Part shown: one piece after another, positions 21,876 to 36,010 of the stretch | How positions within the stretch are numbered: the stretch's first letter is position 1 | Layout of the letters: each line of letters begins with the position of its first letter | Assembly (NCBI RefSeq): GCF_964355755.1 | Contig: NC_092671.1 | Span: forward strand, 2,542,001 to 2,606,000 | Length of the DNA: 64,000 bases | Source: Antedon mediterranea | Lineage: Eukaryota; Animalia; Echinodermata | Direction: 5' to 3' | Position numbers and translations under genes: made by a program | The notes under the pieces: generated by a model | Databases searched by the model: none | The model's input: the letters and a program-made list of their open reading frames with translations, nothing else | Told to the model about the DNA's origin: nothing

Positions 21876-23597
21876 TCAATCGAATAAAAAATGTAAGTTC
21901 ATTAAATCAAGGTTAAAGAAAAATGTTTCTGCACACATTACAGCTTTTGCAATCAACCTATAAATTTTATTCTAAATACAGAGAACCTAAACATGATGTG
22001 TCTTATATTTCCTCCCAGGAGAGCGGACATCTTTCCCAGGGTTCATCTGCTGAGAATAGATAAATGAATCACTGCAGCGTAACGCTATGATTGGCCTACT
22101 GACTGACAATACACATATGTCAAATCTCCATTTAGTTAAACCGCAGGCGTACTACCAAATCCTCTAGGGTGGAGAACTTTCTGTGGAGAGGTATTTCAGG
22201 GAGGGGACAGGGGAAGCAGTCTTCTGGTCTATGTTGGATTTCAAGTGTAACCACATGAAGTGAATCTGCTTGGCTCCACTGATAATAATCTTCAAATTAT
22301 CTGCCTTAAATTCTGAGCTGCATTTTCCTTTTTGATTAATTTTATTGAAAGATGCGTCACTTTTTACGTATTACGACCTTAACATGACATGCTATCAGAA
22401 TTAGAAAAAAACTAATCCACCCAAACGACCTCACCTTTTTGATTGAAAAGATGTCGGACGGACTCTGAGTGAAAGTAGCGGAAAGTAGAAATGACATACT
22501 GATTCTCTTTTAAAGACTCAATTACGATAGCAATGACGTATATGAGAACTTTTTACAAATTGAAGAGTAAAGAAAATGCGTAGGTAAAGTGTTTTTTTTT
22601 TTTTTTCTGCTTGTTTTTGTATTTTTTTATGGTTTTCTAAAAATTTGTTTGTGGATATTTTCTGATATTTATTTTTTTAAATGCTATATTTTATAATTTA
22701 TAATTGGTAAAAGGGTTCACATGCTCCTGTCATAGGGATTTAGTTCCCTTTTGTGTTTCCTGCCACTTTACTTTGTAGTTGTGTTTGTTGTTTTAACTGG
22801 GGTTAACCCCAAATTAAAGAATCCAAATCCAACAAAGTATAGTACTTACATTATGTAAGAAAACCATTCAACGTTTGATATACATTTACAAAAATAATGA
22901 TATAAAATGTATATTTATCTATTTTTAACATTTTTTTTCAATTTACAAGCTCTATACAACTAAAATAGTTAATATTGGTTTGGATCGTCTTATAAGATTC
23001 TTTATTAATGGTATTGTTGTATTTTTTTAATTATTATATTGTACTTTTTTTGTTGTTGATCATTGATAGAAATTAACACAAGTACTAATACTATTAATAT
23101 ACTACAGTATAATATAATTGCTAATTAAACGATGTTTACAATTATCTAAGAAACTTTTTTTACAAATTTCAATTCAAGTCAATTATGATTAATATCATGA
23201 GTAATTACATCTGAAACTGCAATGTCATGATTGCTGTTTATCTAAAATGTAAAACAAAATGTAAAAAAAAAAAGATCACTAAGCCAACATAAAACTATAA
23301 ACACACCCTAAAGAATAGTTGCTTAGTAACATAACATGTCCCGCCCTAAACGTTCTTGGATGAGTGACAGAAACCTAATTCAATAATGTTAATTTAATCG
23401 CGTACTTTAAACGCTTACAATTAGATCCTAACATTCCATTTTCATTAGACAATAAGCTATGTTCAGTGACATGCGTCAGAGACTTTGCTAAAAGAGAAAA
23501 CGCAAACCAGATGAAGAGTTGCCTCAGAGACGACAGGAGCTTAAGGTACAAAAAAAGAAGAATCACCCACCCTGAAGAGTGACAAAGTTTTAGTTCA

Positions 23598-23850
23598 ACT
23601 GCAGAGCTGTTTTGTAAAATACCTACAAAAATGAGGAATTTTTTTGGTATTTTTAAATGTCATACAGGTCATTGTGGCTTTTGTAGGGTATGTCAAAATA
23701 AGACTTCAGACCTGTTTTGTAAAATACCTTAAAAAATGTGGATTGTTTTTTGTATTTTTAAATGTCAATACAAGTCCTTGTGGCTCTTGAAGGGTATGTC
23801 AAATTAAGACTGCAGAGCTGTTTTGTAAACTACCTACAAAAAATGGGGAT
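23598..23850. repeat. Tandem repeat, ~105-bp unit x2.4
   Basis: act(g/t)caga(g/c)ctgttttgtaaa(a/c)tacct recurs at about 23598, 23703 and 23809. Confidence 0.85.
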
Positions 23851-24965
23851 GATCTTTCACGTAATCCATTCTGAAGATTCAAAATAAAAATTAAAAGGCA
23901 TGATGTGAATAATAAATGTTGACATCGTATAAAACAGATTCGGTATGCTACCAAATCTTTCTCTTTCTGCATCATTGACACTAAATTTCTGCAAAATCTC
24001 AAATCTGCTAAAATATTTTAATATTAATATCAAAATGATTGACATGAATTTGAAGTTTATTTAATTTTTTTCCAAAGGAAATAGCCCATCATTGGACATT
24101 GCGTGTTCCTGTGTGTTTTGTGAGGAAAGCAGTATCAAGTGTACATGCATGCACTCTCCTGATTACGAGAAAATTAATATAATTAAATGTTTTTTTTATG
24201 AAAGTGATTTAAACGACAGTAAGTTTTATATCCTAAATATTATCATTAATAATTATATTTAATTTGATCAACTTGATAGATAAAATATTCTAAACTGAAT
24301 CTTTAGTAGTTTGTCAAACTCAGGTTGCAGTGGTAACTATATATCTTCAAAAGTTATTGCTCCAGTACATACCACTGCAACTGAAGTTCAATATTTTTAA
24401 AAAATTGGCAAAGATGTAATTTGATTTAATGAATGAAGTAGAAGTCACTAGAGCTTGCATCTTGCTTCAAAAGGGTGCATGTGACATTAACATTTTTTTT
24501 GTGGCAAATTGGTACAAATTGTGGTTAATCCTGACTGATTAGTACATTAATTTTTCTTTACTGTTATAAAATAAAACTTCTTATCTACTTATGTTCTTCA
24601 CAGCTTTCGTGTGTAAATTAACAAGAATTTTCATTATAAAAAGAAATTAGATCTGATGTCAATGTAAAAAAAAGAAGAAAATTAAAAACAGGTTAAAAAT
24701 TAATCAAATATAACTAACAGACCTTAAGGAGCTTCTTCTGAAAAATTCATAGGTGAAGTTAAGTCATCATGAAAGTTTGAAAAAACTGGACAATAATCAG
24801 TTTTATCTTTAAAATCATTCAATCAAAATCAAAAAGATCATTGGTCATCATAAAAATCAGAAACAAATTATGATTTAAATTTGAGATGATGTAACTGATT
24901 TTAAAAAACATCAATCATTTCATCTTGAAAAATTAGCAATGACATAATTTAAAACAAATATTAAT

Positions 24966-25060
24966 TGTCTATGACAACGTAGCCACGCCTGACAAAAAAG
25001 GGCATGGGGTGTCTATGACAACACAGCCACGCCCAATATAAAGAGGCATTGGGGTGTCCA
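24966..25060. repeat. Short tandem duplication (~44-bp unit)
   Basis: tgtctatgacaac..agccacgcc...ggcat.ggggtgtc occurs twice. Confidence 0.7.
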
Positions 25061-28000
25061 TCAAAAGTTATACATCAATCATAACATTTTTCATTAATAA
25101 ATAAATTGACTTTCTTAAACCTCTCTATTTGTTAGTTTAATGATGCCCTGTTCGTATATGTCAAAATGCATTTAAGATGTTACTTTCAAATATTCTTTAA
25201 TAATAAAAAAAAAAAATGCTTCATTTTAGAAATTAAAAAAATAAACTTCCCATGATCTGATTGGGAAAAATGTAGCATTAAAAAATGACTGGAAGTAAAA
25301 TGTCAATAATTTCATGCAATCATTCCTGCCTAACCTTTCATTTTTGTTAAGTCATTGTACTTTACCATAAATTCCGTAATGAAAACAATATCTTACATAT
25401 ATAATAAATAAGGACCACTCACAGTGAACTTAAAATGTATGGTCTTAAATATTTTTGTGAGTATTTAATTGGAAACAAGTAAGTAATTTATAGACATCTA
25501 GATTGGTTAAAAGTTTTGTCAGCATTTACGTACCAATACAATTCATTTATATAACATGAAGTATATTTCTAAACTAATTCCTGCATGAGATCAAAGACAT
25601 TTGATTCAAGATACATTTTTGTTTTAGAAGGACACATCAAAGGATTATTAAAATTAAAAATAGCCTTTGCAATATATTATTAAAATTCAATTTGTGTTTC
25701 AAATAATATCTAATTTATTATTGATGCTATTCCATGAGGACATCAATGAATATAGTTTAAATTATATAATCAAAACATTGCAGTAAATACTGCATAAAAC
25801 AATTATTGAATACAGTTATTGTATGCATATTCTACTAGGGAAACGAAAAAGAAAGTAAATATATACCTTTTAAAATATTGCAAATAAATGCATTTATGCT
25901 TAAAAATAATTATACATTTTTACATGAATACACAAACCAATCATAATATTTCTGACTTAATTAAATCTGAAAGTTATATACAATAAATGTATCAATAAAA
26001 CATTTTAATTGCAACTGACATAATATAAGTAAGACCACCTAAGTTTGGGCGTTGGTATTCACTAATCTGAAACTTGAGAACAATCCTCTCGTGGTCTGTT
26101 ACAAGAAAACCGAAAGAAAAGACGGCAGCTACTTGAAAGTTTTTGACAGCCAGTTGTAAATCGTTGATATATTCTGAATACCAGGCGGGCTTGCATATCA
26201 ACAGGTGTCATCAACTCTACCTTTACTAGTACATACTTTATTGTCCCTAACCTAATAAAATTGAAACCAATATCCTGAATGCTAATACTGAAGATCTAAC
26301 GAAGACATCTCGCAGACGATAACATTTACACATGGACGTTAGGGAAAAAATGGGTGTGTGATTACGAGCTAAGTCATACTACACGACACCAGTAGTTCAA
26401 AACTTGAGGTGTGGCTTCGACGTGAATGGTCGATTCAAGTCACATGATTTGTTTGAGGAAGTTTTTACAATCTCAATTTGTTTCCTATTGCAAAGTAATT
26501 TGCGTAAATAAGAGTTGATTTGCAACCTGTTGTGCATTGTACAATTTCTAACTTGTTGAGTAGTTTAACAACTACCTTGGCACATTTACTAAGTGATAAT
26601 TGTCAACTGTTATCATTTCAAACAATCGATAACACAAAGTGACAGTGCATACGTTTTCTATCCAGTAAAGTCAATATTGTTTGAAAAACAAATTTCTTGT
26701 TATTACGAATGTTGTTTTTTTATTTAATCTCATAATTCTATGAAAATAGTGCGATGAGTCAATATAATTCTCTTTAAAAAAGACATAATTATGATAGACA
26801 TTTGATGACAGAGAAACAAACAGATATCTATTTAAATAAGATACTGCGAATTCTAGAAACTGAAAACTTTTTCTTTGAATACGCACAATGAAATAACATG
26901 ATGTAACTAGTTCCTATCTAGGCTGCACATGGAAGCACACACAATTTAGTGTTCAGAAGCACTTTTTCCTTTATATAGTAAAGAAAAAATGTTTCCTTTA
27001 TATAAGTAAAGGACAAATTTGCAATCTTGTACTCATCATCATCATTTCAAACACTAATATTGTAGAAAAATGAGAATCATCTTCATATATGCAACAGTAC
27101 TTCTTCACACTCTGACATTTGGTTTCATTGAGACACTGTTTTTTAACTTTTACTCATTCATTACTTGTTAGCACAACATGGTGGTGATATCCACGAGTCA
27201 GACCAATTAGTAAAATTACTATGTAAACTATAGATATCATAATTAAATTAATTACTAACTAAAATAAATCATTACTATGTCTTTAAGCATGTAAAGATAA
27301 TTATGGCCAATTTAAACCTGTTTATCCAAGTTCATTTTGAGTAACTTTTGGAGGTTACAAAGAGAAATTTTGGAGGTTACAAAGAGCTCCCTCAATGGAA
27401 GAATACTGTAGATTGCAAAAGTCTTTCAAAGAAATAATATCTGAAAGAAGGACGCGTCAACTGCTTCAGGTACACGCTCTTTACCTGATTGATAGCGTAA
27501 GTATGACATCATTCTTTACAATGCGATTGGATCATACTTAAGCGTGTATGATTTAATGTAGACTTAAGTTTACAGTCATCTTGTCTTGTCAATTCTGACT
27601 CATCTTTAACCTACTCTACCTTGACATATATGATCAAGGTACTCAGAAAAACACACGTTATTTCAAAATAAATTCCCACAAACAGATAGTGATGTTATTT
27701 TGTTCTATTTTGTTACATCAGTTGACAGGTTGACGCTGTACATTTAAAAAAGTATTTTTTAAATTCACACGAAAGCGAGAAAACGAAGAGAACACGTTCC
27801 AACTTCAGTCAAGATTTGTGATATTCCAGATTGACAAAAACACTATAAAATAAATTCAATTATTCAGTCTACAACTGGTTTTTGTCTTCTAAAATTGAAA
27901 AATGGTACTCAGTCTACTGTAGGTGTAGGTGATGTAATATTTAATTATTATTATTAGCTACTGTTGCTATTATAAGGCACTATCCATGTACAATATAACA

Positions 28001-28129
28001 CTAATAAAAAGTACAAACAAAGTGATATTGAGGGCAAGTTTTATATCAGATCCAGGAGTGACCATTAACATTATTATAGTATTAATAGTCCGTTAAAAAT
28101 AGATATAGAAAAGTACTTCATAATTTAAT

Positions 28130-28424
28130 TGTAGCTGAGAAGGGGCGCACATCCTTAGTGCTACCCCCTTGGTTCGGCTCTGGTTTGGAAGGCGGTATGT
28201 TCTATGAGATATTGATTTTGGTGCTTGAGTGTTAGTAATAAAAGGTAATTTATCGTTGCGATATATCTTATTTTGATTATTTATTAATTTATTATTCTTA
28301 AACAACTTTTGTTCATCACTTATCTTGTAATGGTCACCTGTTGCCGATCAGTATGAATGGACGAGACAGACCGAATATATATACACACTTATTTAGGCCT
28401 ACATAACATTGGCGACGGGAAGGA
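28130..28424 (+). mobile_element. Gypsy-type LTR (28130-28408) with primer-binding site; internal region missing
   Basis: TGT...ACA termini, internal AATAAA (~28237), followed 1 nt later by TGGCGACGGGAAGGA, a TGG-starting PBS resembling the complement of the tRNA-Ser(GCT) 3' end (TGGCGACGAG...). Confidence 0.7.
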
Positions 28425-31400
28425 ATCATTACATTAATAAAATATTTTTCCCTATTTATGTATTTTAACTATACAAGCACAAAAAAGGCGTGGTATTATA
28501 CATTTAATACGCCACTACGACTATGTAGCAATCGTTGTTAATCTGTCTGTCGACAGTAAGGCAATCCATGGTTAATTGCCATAATTATTTAACACAGATT
28601 TCGGATACTAAATACTTAAAAAAATTGCATATACATACATTAATTTCTGTTTTTAATCAATTTGATAAACTGAACAAATGTTATGTAAACGACTCTAATT
28701 GTTTACAACCTTAACATTTGTTAGATAATATCAAAGGAAACAGGTGATAAAAAAACTAATAATTATACTGTAAATTCTGGCATATGCACGTAATTGACTT
28801 GACTTGAATTTTTTTAAAGGACCTATTTCGGCTTAGTTATTCATCCAGACAAGTGGGTTTCATGGGCACAGTTTAAACTTTGGTGGGTACCCAGGGTAAA
28901 TAAGTCTAAACAGGTTAACAAGGTAAGCCTACATTGAATTTCAATATTTCAGCATGATTCAGTGTTTTAATATGGCATAACTACAACACACAAAACAAAG
29001 GCAATAGAGCATAAGAAACCTCTGCACATGCTCACAAACCAAACTTCATTGTGATAGCATCATCAGCAAAATGCCAATTTCTTTTTGGGATACAGGTGTA
29101 AGCAAAACCAAAGTTTATATTCAAATTTGAAATTTCCCTATTATGATATTATTGCTATTTACAAAAGGTCATGAATTAGAGACCTCATGCCCATGTACTG
29201 CCTGTAACCTTTTTTTTAAACATACTCTGAGAGCTAGAATTATGATTTATTACACAGTACAATCGTTACTACTTGATATTCAAAGCAAGTGTTTTGTTGA
29301 TATAGCTATTTACCCCCAGGAGTATAAATAGGGCCCTGGGATGTATGAAAATGTACTGATTACAAGCGTAACATTCAAACATCCTCTAAGAACAGAGTAG
29401 GCTATACATTTCATACAACTTCCTCTAATGTAACTTTATGAACCTTATTAATTTTGTTGCATAAATTCTTGTGATATGAAGCAAAGAATTAGTTAACACA
29501 ATATACATGTTTATAATTAGTCAGGTGTTTTTTGGAATTAACTGTTTTCACCAATTGTCATGTTTTGTTTAACGCAATAATTCAAGACATACCTAAATAG
29601 AAATCGTGTTTAAACAAAGACGATTATTATATTCTAATTAGTTAGAGACTTGTGCTTAAGTTTTTGCTAAGTCATTGTATTTTTTAAAAAAGGTTTTGTT
29701 TAATTAGAAAAATGTCTCAAAAAGAACAATGGCTATATTGATTAAAGCTCTAATTGGTACAATACTAATGTGTAATGTTTTCACTAATATATTAAAAAGA
29801 AACTACATAGAGTTCCTTGGGAGACCCATATTCTAGGGATATAACTTTTTTCAACTATATCAAAATACCCACAAAAAACAAAGCCCAAAAGCACCTCTTA
29901 TACATCCCACCTAAAAAATATTTTGTTGGGATTTTATTGTATATGTTTTTTTTAAATAATAAAATTAAAATTGGAGTCTAGGCAATATATTTTAGTTAAG
30001 TTAGTTTCTTCTAATCAAAATATAAAATAAAGAAAGTGTTTTTTCCTTTTCTTTGTGTCCCATCATTGGATTATTAAATGTTGCCAAAAGCTATACAGTG
30101 AATATTCACATCAAACAGAAGTGGCAATATAGAAAATAATACTATTAAGCATTCATACTTTAATAAAAAAAAAAGAATCCTATTTTGATTTTAGTTTTTC
30201 CTATGTGGAATTAATGTACTTCAAACCATGAGAAGTGAGCTTAATTATTAAGATTTTTAATGCTCTTATAATAACAAACTTAAGTTTGTAATCCACTCTT
30301 GGTCTAAAATGTTCACATTAATTTTAAATGTTATCATATATGTCAATTAAATAAAATGCTAAGCAAATTTACGATGCATTGGGTGTTGAAATGAATTAAA
30401 TATGTGGTGAGCGCGTAACACGAGGGAAATACCAAGCTTAAGATTTTCAATTACTTAGTTTGACGTTAGTAAAAATTATCTAATAAGATAACAATTCAAA
30501 TATTAATCTTATAAAATATTATAGATTTTAGATAAAGTTTCCTTATTATCAGATCTTAGTTTAAATGTTTATAAAATAATTTTTCTTAGTTAAACGAAAC
30601 TAAAAGTTTGGTAATTTAATTTTTTCTGACACAGTCTTACCCTTTTGCCAAACTTTAACATTTTCATGTCAAATTGGAATTTACTTTTCAATTATAAGTG
30701 GAAGACAGGCATTAACCAAAGTTAGATCATTGGCTTTGATGTATTTTGTCCATTTTTTCTATTATATACATTATAAAAGTTCATACAAAGTCTTTCATGT
30801 ATGCATGTATGTATTGGTTTACTTGCCAAATTTCATTTTATTTAAAAAAAAACTAATTTGGGCAAAATTCAGAAAACGTTATTTCCATATATGTGTCTGA
30901 AGTCTAACCCCTTTTAAGACTAAATTCAGACAAACAACTTTTGTAAATCCATAATGTAACTCAAGTATAAATTCAACCTCCTAATTTTACCAAATTCCAT
31001 AACCAGGACCCCTGAGACTATAATACTCGGGTCATTTTTACTCTTATTTATTAAAACCTTTTTTATTCTTATTTAAGTGTAACCATTCCAGTTAGCTGAG
31101 TGCGTTATACGATAATATTTATATTTTACAAAGAATTACTCTTTAAACAGCTGGTTTTAATATCAAATAAAATTTCACTTTTCCCATTTTTAGATAAACC
31201 TTACATTATATTTAATAATTTTGTACAAGTTTAATAATTTTAAATGTATTATCTCTATGGCAATTCATTTATTTAACATAACAAATACACTTATCATTTT
31301 CCCTATCATCTCCCTGCAGAAAAAAATCATATAAAAATGATAATTTTTATTGAAAAGTTGTAATATCAGAAAAAGATACGTAGAGTCCTTGTGGGATATG

Positions 31401-31976
31401 TTATGGGTTGGGCTCAGTTTTCTTAAAATTATCTATCGTTTTTAAATAAATGCTGACATCTTATTTCCATTTAGTAATTGAGAAAATGGGTGTGAAAAAG
31501 TGAGTAATGTTTCAACACATATAAACTTATAAATAAATTGATTTACATATTTTTATGCGATATATTTAATTAAATTTAATGTCATGCACTTAATATATTA
31601 ATTTATGACAGGATACTATCATCTAAAATTATTTTAACTGACACAAAAAAAATTATGATAAAATCCATTTTATATGCTTTAGTTATTGTAGGACTGATCT
31701 CATACATGTTTCAGAAACAAATTTCTATCATCAGTATAAATATTTCATATATATTTTAATAAAACTAATCTAATGTCATAAAAGTAAAATTTTTTTATGA
31801 TTTATTCGAGCGCAAGACAATAATCATACTAGACAGATCTCCAAGAGACCGTATCTCCGTGCGACAATACCGCCACCCACACTGAATTCTGCTCAGCTAA
31901 TGAGGATCTTCTGTGTTGTTAGAATTAGTACAAGAAATAAGACTCATTTTAACGAAATATGAAATCAAACTTAATA

Positions 31977-33570
31977 CTAGACATGTAACTCGTCACTTTG
32001 ACGAGTTTGGTTATCCGCCGCGCAAGTGGTGCAACATTAACATTAAGGGGATAGGTTGAGGACAAAAGGAAGTGTTCACGTTGGCATTATGACCTGAACT
32101 GAAGAATATGATATGTTGTTATTGCTGAATTTTATCTATATATAAATTCATATATAGTATACACAGTATAATCTGTATCCATATCACATACAGTGTAGAA
32201 TATGTGAACTTACGGGACCCGCTATTTATTGCAATTTTTAACATGTTGACGGTTTTAAAATGAAACGGGAAGGTAGCAATTCCGAAAGGAAATTATCTCA
32301 GCAACAACGTATTAGCGTGTAGAAGAAATTTGAATACGTGAAATATTGATGCGCGCTCTTTTAAATGTAATGAATTATGACGCAAAAGATGAAAATACGA
32401 CCTTTTTTATTTAACTGGCCATATGATGACGTCACAACATCCGATTGGCAACATTTTTACATAATTTCGTATCTACAATCCAATAGCTTCCAGAAAAAGT
32501 TTTAATCGTGATTATCAAATTTTATTCTTACGAGCTATAACAGATTAAAATTTACTGTAAAGATGAAATTGATGCCACACGTGATTTAAATTTGTAGGCA
32601 TGATGACGTCAAAAAAATTAAAATATTTTTAACTCATGCGAAAGATAGTTGATTGACCTAGACAATATCAAAATCGGGGTGAAAATGGAAAACGGATAAG
32701 TGGAGATGCGCTCTATTCAATGTGATGAGCTATGACGAAAGATACAAAAATCCTAAATTTTATATTCGCGTGGCCATACGATGACGTCACAATGTCTGGT
32801 TAGCCATATTAATACCTGATCCGATATCTACAACTCATCTACTTCTAGAAAATGTCATCCACAAAAATTTGACCATCTAGTTTAGAAATTACGACTGTTT
32901 AAAAAAAGTCATATTTTAAACGAATTTTTTAACCTTTTCATAAAAAACGCGCGCAAATTGGCCAATTCGACGTGCTCGTATGACGTATCTTTAAGTCAAA
33001 ATTGTTTAAAATTTGGTAAAATTACTAGAAAAGGCTGAAAAAACATAAATCACGCGAAAAAATTACGTTTTCAATTCTACGTGCGCACCGCACACGTAAA
33101 AATGTGCGCACGCGTGGGAATTTTTGACATGCTTAAAACGACATGAAACGCGTAGAAAGTTGATTATAAATTAATTTTGCGCATTTTGAAATTTTAAATG
33201 CGCGTGCACGCGTAACTTTGTGTATAACACGCAATTTTTTTTCAACAGAAAGTTAGCGCATGATATAAATTAAACTTTTGCAAAGTTTCAAGTTGAAATG
33301 TTATTTGGTTGTCGAGCTATGTTAGATACGACAAAATCGTTAAATCGCGCGTAAGTCACGTTGCGCAATTGTAAACGTCATGAAAAGCTTCGCTTGACGA
33401 CGTTACGTAAATGTCAATATGTTAAGATAGTTACCAAAATGTTATGTTTGCGAGTTTTGGAGAAAAGCGTTACACAAAAATCATACAGAAAGAAAGAAGA
33501 AAAATAAAAAGATGATGATTTCGTACAATCACAAGAGGTTATCCTGCAACTTCGTTGCGGATAACCAATT
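31977..33570 (-). mobile_element. Non-autonomous Helentron/Helitron2-type element, copy 2 (longer variant)
   Basis: CTAG, hairpin aactcgtca/tgacgagtt (31987-32007) and subTIR ggttatccgc (32009-32018). Right hairpin ggttatcc(t)gcaac-ttc-gttgcggataacc (33537-33566). Body homologous to 11416-12633. Confidence 0.85.
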
Positions 33571-34878
33571 AACATAGTGAAAACTTACAGGGTTATGCTT
33601 ACAGAGCTAGAATGAAATTATGAACTTTTTTTTATATCTATATTTGAAAGACTATTAATATTATATGTTTGCACTCCACCATTTGAAAATCCTGGATCGG
33701 CCCATGACCTAAGATATAGTTTTATAGTCAACTACAGTGTATTCTAGTTTTCTGTATTATAATAACTGAATATAATGTCCACATTAATGGATCATTCTGA
33801 TTAAGATGAACCTTTTTATAAATTATCAGAATATTTTAACCTAAATATTTTTAGACTCAGTAAAAAAATATCTGTCTTTCAAAACTCGAAATTACAGCGA
33901 TTGACGTAAAATTCACTTTCAATATCCTGATTCATTTGATTAAGAGCTCAATCAATTTAAAAACAATTATTAAAATGTCATGCTAGATTTTATTGTAAAA
34001 TACTTATAATAATTGGCAAGAATATAATAGATATACGTAATACATAATTGTTAACCAGTAAAATTTAAGTTAATGAAAACAAAATTGAAATTTAGAGGGA
34101 GTGAACTCTACACAGCAGGATTACAGGGCGGTCACCAAAATATCACGTACATGTTATAAAAGATATAAATTATGTTCTCTATTTATGAAAATATTAGTTT
34201 TCACTGTGCATTAAGTATGAAAATTAGTGTATTTTTCCTTTAAAAAAGTTTTTTTAAATAATTTTTTGGCTGGTCATGATGAGACGGATTATAAAAACAT
34301 GAAACAGCAATTTTATTTTAATCATAATAAACATTTAAAAACTTCTGAAAACTACAGATTATGGTTAAAAAAGTCAATAATACTTTAAGGTCGAACTCAA
34401 TACGACAGTATACGATTAACGCAACATTTGGAAATTGAAGGATGTAATACGATGATGAAAAACTTCCTAATAACTGGTATATCTCCCAAAACAGCAATAC
34501 AGTATCAATGCTAATAGCTTGCTCGTTTCTGCTTGATGAAATGTCAACATCCTGATAAATATATCCTGTCTGTCTGTATGTCCCACCCTATGATGTATTT
34601 CTATAAAACATTAGTCGACTTTTAAAGTTGTATCCAAACAAATAGGATATTGGAGTTTTATCATTTTCAACTCTTTGGGAGTGAAGATGAAGTGTTAAGA
34701 ATATATCATATGTGCTGTCACCATTTAGATCTTTTAAAATCTATATTACTCTAAACAAGTGACCAATATTACATCAAAAGACGTTTCATCAGGTACGATG
34801 GACAGCATGTGTGTTGCTAAGCACACAATTATATATCTTTGAAAACTTTTTCAAGCTTATACTATTTAAATCATTTAA

Positions 34879-35223
34879 AGATGTATTGTCCCCCAAAATC
34901 ATGAAAAATAAAGATTTTAAAAATCGGACTTTGAATAGGCCATTTTGCAGTTTTAATGAAGTTGTTCACTTCCATAAGAAATAAAACGGGGGGAAAAAAA
35001 TTATTTCACCTATAAAAAGACAAAATAAACAGTTAAATTACCCAAAAACTCATTGTCTTCCAGAAAATTTGACCATTTTTTGCTTTAAATTACATTTTTC
35101 TCAAGTAAATACAATTTTTTCAGACCCAATTTTTGGTGAGAGTGAATAACTATTATCTGACATTAAAATAACATATTCAACAAAAAAATTAAAAAAAATA
35201 TTTTTTTATGGGACAATATATCT
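34879..35223. mobile_element. Kolobok-type non-autonomous DNA transposon, 345 bp, TTAA TSD
   Basis: TTAA|AGATGTATTGTCCC ... GGGACAATATATCT|TTAA (TIRs match 13/14; AG termini). Confidence 0.85.
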
Positions 35224-35619
35224 TTAACTTCTCTTGATATTATTTTTATAACATATTTATGGCTAAATTAAAATCCTTCTACATACAGTATATTAAAGCC
35301 GTATCAATGATTCATATTTATGATGAGATACTTGCTAAATCATAATCTAATTAAATATAGATGATCATCATTTTTTATGTTATTTTTTTCCTGAAAGTGA
35401 TTATGACACACATTTTCCGATTTGAATCAGCTATCTGGAAAACATTTAACAAAATTCAGAATAAGTCATTGATTACACATTCTTTTAAAATGTCCTGAAC
35501 GAAGCATATCATGCTTTCAAATGCTGTTGTGATATGATGACTTGTTTTTTTTAAAGCAGTAGTATTTTATTGTTTTACATGCACTGTTTGTTTGTGGCTC
35601 TAAAACACTTTGATACAAA

Positions 35620-36010
35620 GTTAGTTAAGTTAAAACCCATTCTCACAAGTGTATACAATAGCAACAACAATTGTCTTAAGTGAGTTAAGTTTAACACCTT
35701 TTCACACCTCTTGTACACTTCTAAATGTACTAATTTACCCTAAAAACACTTTAAAAATTGAGTTAAGTTTAACCCCTTTTCACACCTCTTGCAGACTTCT
35801 GAAGGTACTAATCTGCCATAAACTTTCAAAATTCAGTTCAGTTTAACCCCTCTCTTGCAGACAATAATTTGCTTAAAGTCTTTTAAAAGTAACTTCCTCT
35901 CACATTTTGTAGTAACTGTAGCATCTAATTGCCCTAAAAACTTTTAAATAAAGTTGACCTCTTTGACAAATGCTGCCCTTAAAGTGACTTTTTTATAGGT
36001 GAATTAAGTT
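35620..36010. repeat. Degenerate tandem repeat (~80-bp unit, gagttaagtttaacccc motif)
   Basis: tgagttaagtttaac(a/c)ccttttcacacctcttg at ~35681 and ~35759, with weaker copies on both sides. Confidence 0.65.

Noticed and set aside
23572-23600. CTGAAGA and other CTGANGA hits (e.g. 721, 10883, 51090) as additional hammerheads
   Set aside because: No stem II followed by GAAA and NUH, and no closing stem I.
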